Of a DNA stretch of 32,000 bases, positions 29,675 to 32,000 are shown one piece after another. This DNA is from Wolbachia endosymbiont of Dirofilaria (Dirofilaria) immitis (GTDB lineage Bacteria; Pseudomonadota; Alphaproteobacteria; Rickettsiales; Anaplasmataceae), in assembly GCF_013365455.1 (NCBI RefSeq), contig NZ_CP046578.1, positions 60,001 to 92,000 on the forward strand. The letters are read 5' to 3'. A program made the position numbers and the translations under genes. Under the pieces are notes generated by a model. That model was given only the letters and a program-made list of their open reading frames with translations. It was not told the DNA's origin and ran no database searches. Positions within the stretch are counted from its first letter, which is position 1. Each line of letters begins with the position of its first letter.

Positions 29675-30307
29675 ATGTCAATTTTCAGGAATCATCGTGG
29701 TCAACTTCGCAAAATGAATGCAGCTCTTGTAGCACTTACTTCTCTATATGTTATAGGTGCAGCAGCAGCATTTTCAGCACCACATTGGGTATCTTCAACT
29801 TCAGCTTTAACTCCACTTGCTGCTTTTGCAGCTACACCGCTTGGAATAGGTATATTAGTAACTGTTGCTGTTGTATTGATTGGTTTAGTGGTGTATGCTA
29901 TCAGCAAAAATAATAAAATATCTGAGTTGGAGGCTATGAAGTTTATTGTTGATAGTGGTAATGTAAAGCTACAAGTAACAAGAAAGGAGTTTGAGTATAT
30001 AAAAAAGAATAACAAAAATAAGGATAAAGATGGAAAGGTTGCGGAAGGTGAGTACCGTATAGATTTTGCTAACTCAGAGGGTAAGGAGTGTTATGTTATT
30101 GTTACAAGCGAGAAGAGCCAAGAAGTAGGCAATACTTTGCTCTTAGATATAAGTTCACTGAGCATGAAAAGCGATGAAGGTAAATATGTGGCTCAGACTG
30201 AGATGTCAAAAATATTGGGACTGGACAAAGCTGGTGCTAAAGAGTTTAATACTTATTTAAACTCAGTTATTGTTGGGCAGGCTGTAGAGCAAGAACAAAC
30301 AAAGTAA
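29675..30307 (+). CDS. Small orphan membrane or secreted protein (Ala-rich N-terminal hydrophobic segments plus charged C-terminal domain)
   Basis: 210-aa ORF with a strong SD and its own terminator. Basic N-region 'MSIFRNHRGQLRK'. Hydrophobic 'AALVALTSLYVIGAAAAFSA' is signal-peptide-like. A second 32-aa hydrophobic block is 'LTPLAAFAATPLGIGILVTVAVVLIGLVVYAI' (nt ~29720-29902). It is followed by a ~130-aa Lys/Glu-rich soluble part. Confidence 0.8.
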   Translation: MSIFRNHRGQLRKMNAALVALTSLYVIGAAAAFSAPHWVSSTSALTPLAAFAATPLGIGILVTVAVVLIGLVVYAISKNNKISELEAMKFIVDSGNVKLQVTRKEFEYIKKNNKNKDKDGKVAEGEYRIDFANSEGKECYVIVTSEKSQEVGNTLLLDISSLSMKSDEGKYVAQTEMSKILGLDKAGAKEFNTYLNSVIVGQAVEQEQTK

Positions 30308-30322
30308 GTAGTATGGCTAAGT

Positions 30323-30354
30323 AAAAAAGAGGTAGATCAAGTCTACCTCTTTTT
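30323..30354 (+). terminator. Rho-independent (potentially bidirectional) terminator after the 210-aa ORF
   Basis: A-tract 30323-30328, stem 'gaggtaga'(30329-30336), loop 'tcaag', 'tctacctc'(30342-30349), then T5 at 30350-30354. It begins 16 nt after the stop codon. Confidence 0.8.
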
Positions 30355-30470
30355 ATCCTTCTTAAAAGTTCTTGAATTTCAAGCACTATATTTGTTGTAT
30401 TTTTTCCTTATCAGGGGGTAGTGCTACCATGTAAGTAACTGCATTATTAGCATCTAGAAAAAAAAGAAAT

Positions 30471-30500
30471 ACAGATTCTAGTGTCGCGTACTGAAATGAT
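30471..30500. repeat. Degenerate single unit of the palindromic-element family
   Basis: 'cagattctagtgtcgcgtactgaaatgatg' has the same layout as H1 (gattttagtg-cgtaa-cactaaaatc): gattctagtg-tcgcg-tactgaaatg. An upstream 'agcatctaga' (30449-30458) is the reverse complement of 'tctagatgct' in H3. Confidence 0.55.
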
Positions 30501-30813
30501 GTTTATCTTTAGATTATAGTTGAAAGTATTGGAAGTTTCAACAAGTAGAAAAACAAAAAAACTGTAGTGTTGAGTTCAATTAATCTACTACTATTTCCTA
30601 AAAAATCGCAGTTAATTTTTCCTTACAGATTTGCCTAAAGGCTTAATTGATAAAGAATGTTTCAGTTTTGGCTATAGGGAAGTTGGTTGATATTTGTTAA
30701 GACCTTTTAGAAGTAAGTAGTATGAGTTGATAATTTTAAGTAAGCAGAAAAGAGATCAGTTTTTGATGTGAAAATAACAGGGGTTAAGTTATTGTAAAGA
30801 ACAATAGTTGAAA

Positions 30814-30848
30814 TTACAGCAGCATATTGCATTCACCTGCTGCTGTAA
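30814..30848. repeat. Perfect 11-bp inverted repeat (hairpin) in an ORF-free tract
   Basis: 'ttacagcagca'(30814-30824) - 13-nt loop 'tattgcattcacc' - 'tgctgctgtaa'(30838-30848). The arms are relatively GC-rich for this region. Confidence 0.6.
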
Positions 30849-32000
30849 TAAAACCTTCGGGTACTAAGAAGTTAATGCTTGCCAGTTAGCTTATAAGTTA
30901 CTGCCTTGCTTGAATTAGTGGTGAATAATTGATATTAATGTTATTTTTAGTATAAAATAGACTAGCAATGAGGTACTTAAAGTAGTAGTCTCTTTTATGA
31001 GCTTCATTATTCGTTGTTTCATACCGGCAATAGTAGAAGGGGAAGAACATGGAGAAATTACTATGGCGCTCATAAAAAGAGAGCACTGATAATGTAAAAA
31101 AAAGGAGTAGTAGCGGTAAAGAGAATTCAAGCTGAATGTTATAATAAATTAGATATTAGTTATAACTGATGAGTAAGAAGTAGAACATTAGATAAATCCA
31201 TTAGGCTAGATTAAGTAGAGTTAGAATTGCTAAAATACGTGCTAAAGGAGGGTTAAATTTTTAATTGCTGAAGTACTAAACTATAGAATGAGAATATATT
31301 AGCGAGCAAACCTGTTGAATGTGCTATTTTTAAAATTATGTATACTGCTCTTGGATAAATTTAGACATTCTACTTAGGAGTAGAGTTGTAGCATTAAAAA
31401 CTCTAAATATAGAGAAGGAAATAATGTTTTTGACTCTATTTTAGAGGAGTATAAATAAGTAAGATTACAAGAAACTTCAGGCGTTATTAGTGTACTTGAC
31501 GAGTGCGCTGAAAATAAGGGAGTTACATGTATTTATAGTGACTAATCTGATGTTTACTGGTTTTCTCTAGTTGCTACAATAGTGATACCTACTCTACTAT
31601 AAATGCTTTTATGTATGTAAACTATGGTAAGGCAAGCTAAATTAGAAAGGTAAAAGAAGCTGTACTTAATACTTGTGAAAAAGATGATAAAAGTAATCTT
31701 AAGTTAACAGCAGGAAAATTTGGTGTGGGTTAGTGAGAACAACATATTAAAAGTTTTTGGATTATGTTTTAGTGAAGATTATTTGGTACAAGAGGCAATA
31801 AAAACATAAATATTTGGTAAAAAAGAAACAAGCCTACGCTCCTTTTCTAGATATTTTTTATTTTTTTAATTGATTAATATATTTAATAATTATCATCTAA
31901 TAATGATGATGCTTGTAATGTAAGAATAAGTGAATTTTGTTTACTGTTTATATCTATAAAGTAAAAGTGTTTGCATATTGTTAAAAAAACAGTAACTTAT

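Noticed and set aside
30898-31130. Two overlapping minus-strand ORFs (62 and 71 aa)
   Set aside because: They overlap each other in different frames and have low-complexity composition, no start context and no recognisable similarity. They are most likely chance ORFs in debris.
1-32000. Search for tRNA, rRNA, tmRNA, RNase P, SRP RNA, CRISPR arrays, IS elements, prophage or defence operons
   Set aside because: By eye I found no T-arm or anticodon-arm cloverleaf candidates and no conserved RNase P or SRP core strings. I also found no regularly spaced direct repeats, no transposase-like or phage-like ORFs and no terminal inverted repeats bounding a coding unit. A covariance-model scan (tRNAscan-SE, Infernal) would be needed to exclude RNA genes formally.

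Overview
Visibly AT-rich 32-kb window from a reduced obligate-intracellular alphaproteobacterium. It most likely comes from Wolbachia (Anaplasmataceae), possibly a strongly eroded strain; this is inference, not verified. The clues are the housekeeping gene set (sdhA, pyrC, gltX, miaB, ileS, alaS, prfA, engB, an argB-like gene, dut), an ankyrin-repeat/transmembrane orphan, and a dispersed hairpin repeat of the 'GATCCCAGTG..CACTGGGATC' type. Thirteen intact CDS sum to about 20.9 kb, only about 65% of the window. The rest looks like gene debris: a clearly decayed priA (1-911), a frameshifted small membrane-protein gene (1462-1664), and tracts with no convincing gene (only short fragment ORFs) at 912-2006, 8155-9316, 22001-26375 and 30355-32000. 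I could not recognise any rRNA, tRNA, CRISPR array, IS element, prophage module or defence/toxin operon by eye. Four signals stand out. (1) A degenerate palindromic-element family has at least 6 copies here. Two are translated in frame inside the essential ileS and alaS genes, one lies in the priA pseudogene, and one intergenic copy is a perfect hairpin with paired arm substitutions. (2) Three orphan proteins (864-aa ANK, 914-aa, 210-aa) and one decayed gene all carry paired hydrophobic 'hairpin' segments, making them candidate secreted or host-membrane proteins. (3) The ArgB homologue has lost the canonical HGGG motif. (4) The PriA replication-restart helicase is pseudogenised. No multi-gene 'system' is evident, and the orphans are scattered among housekeeping genes.
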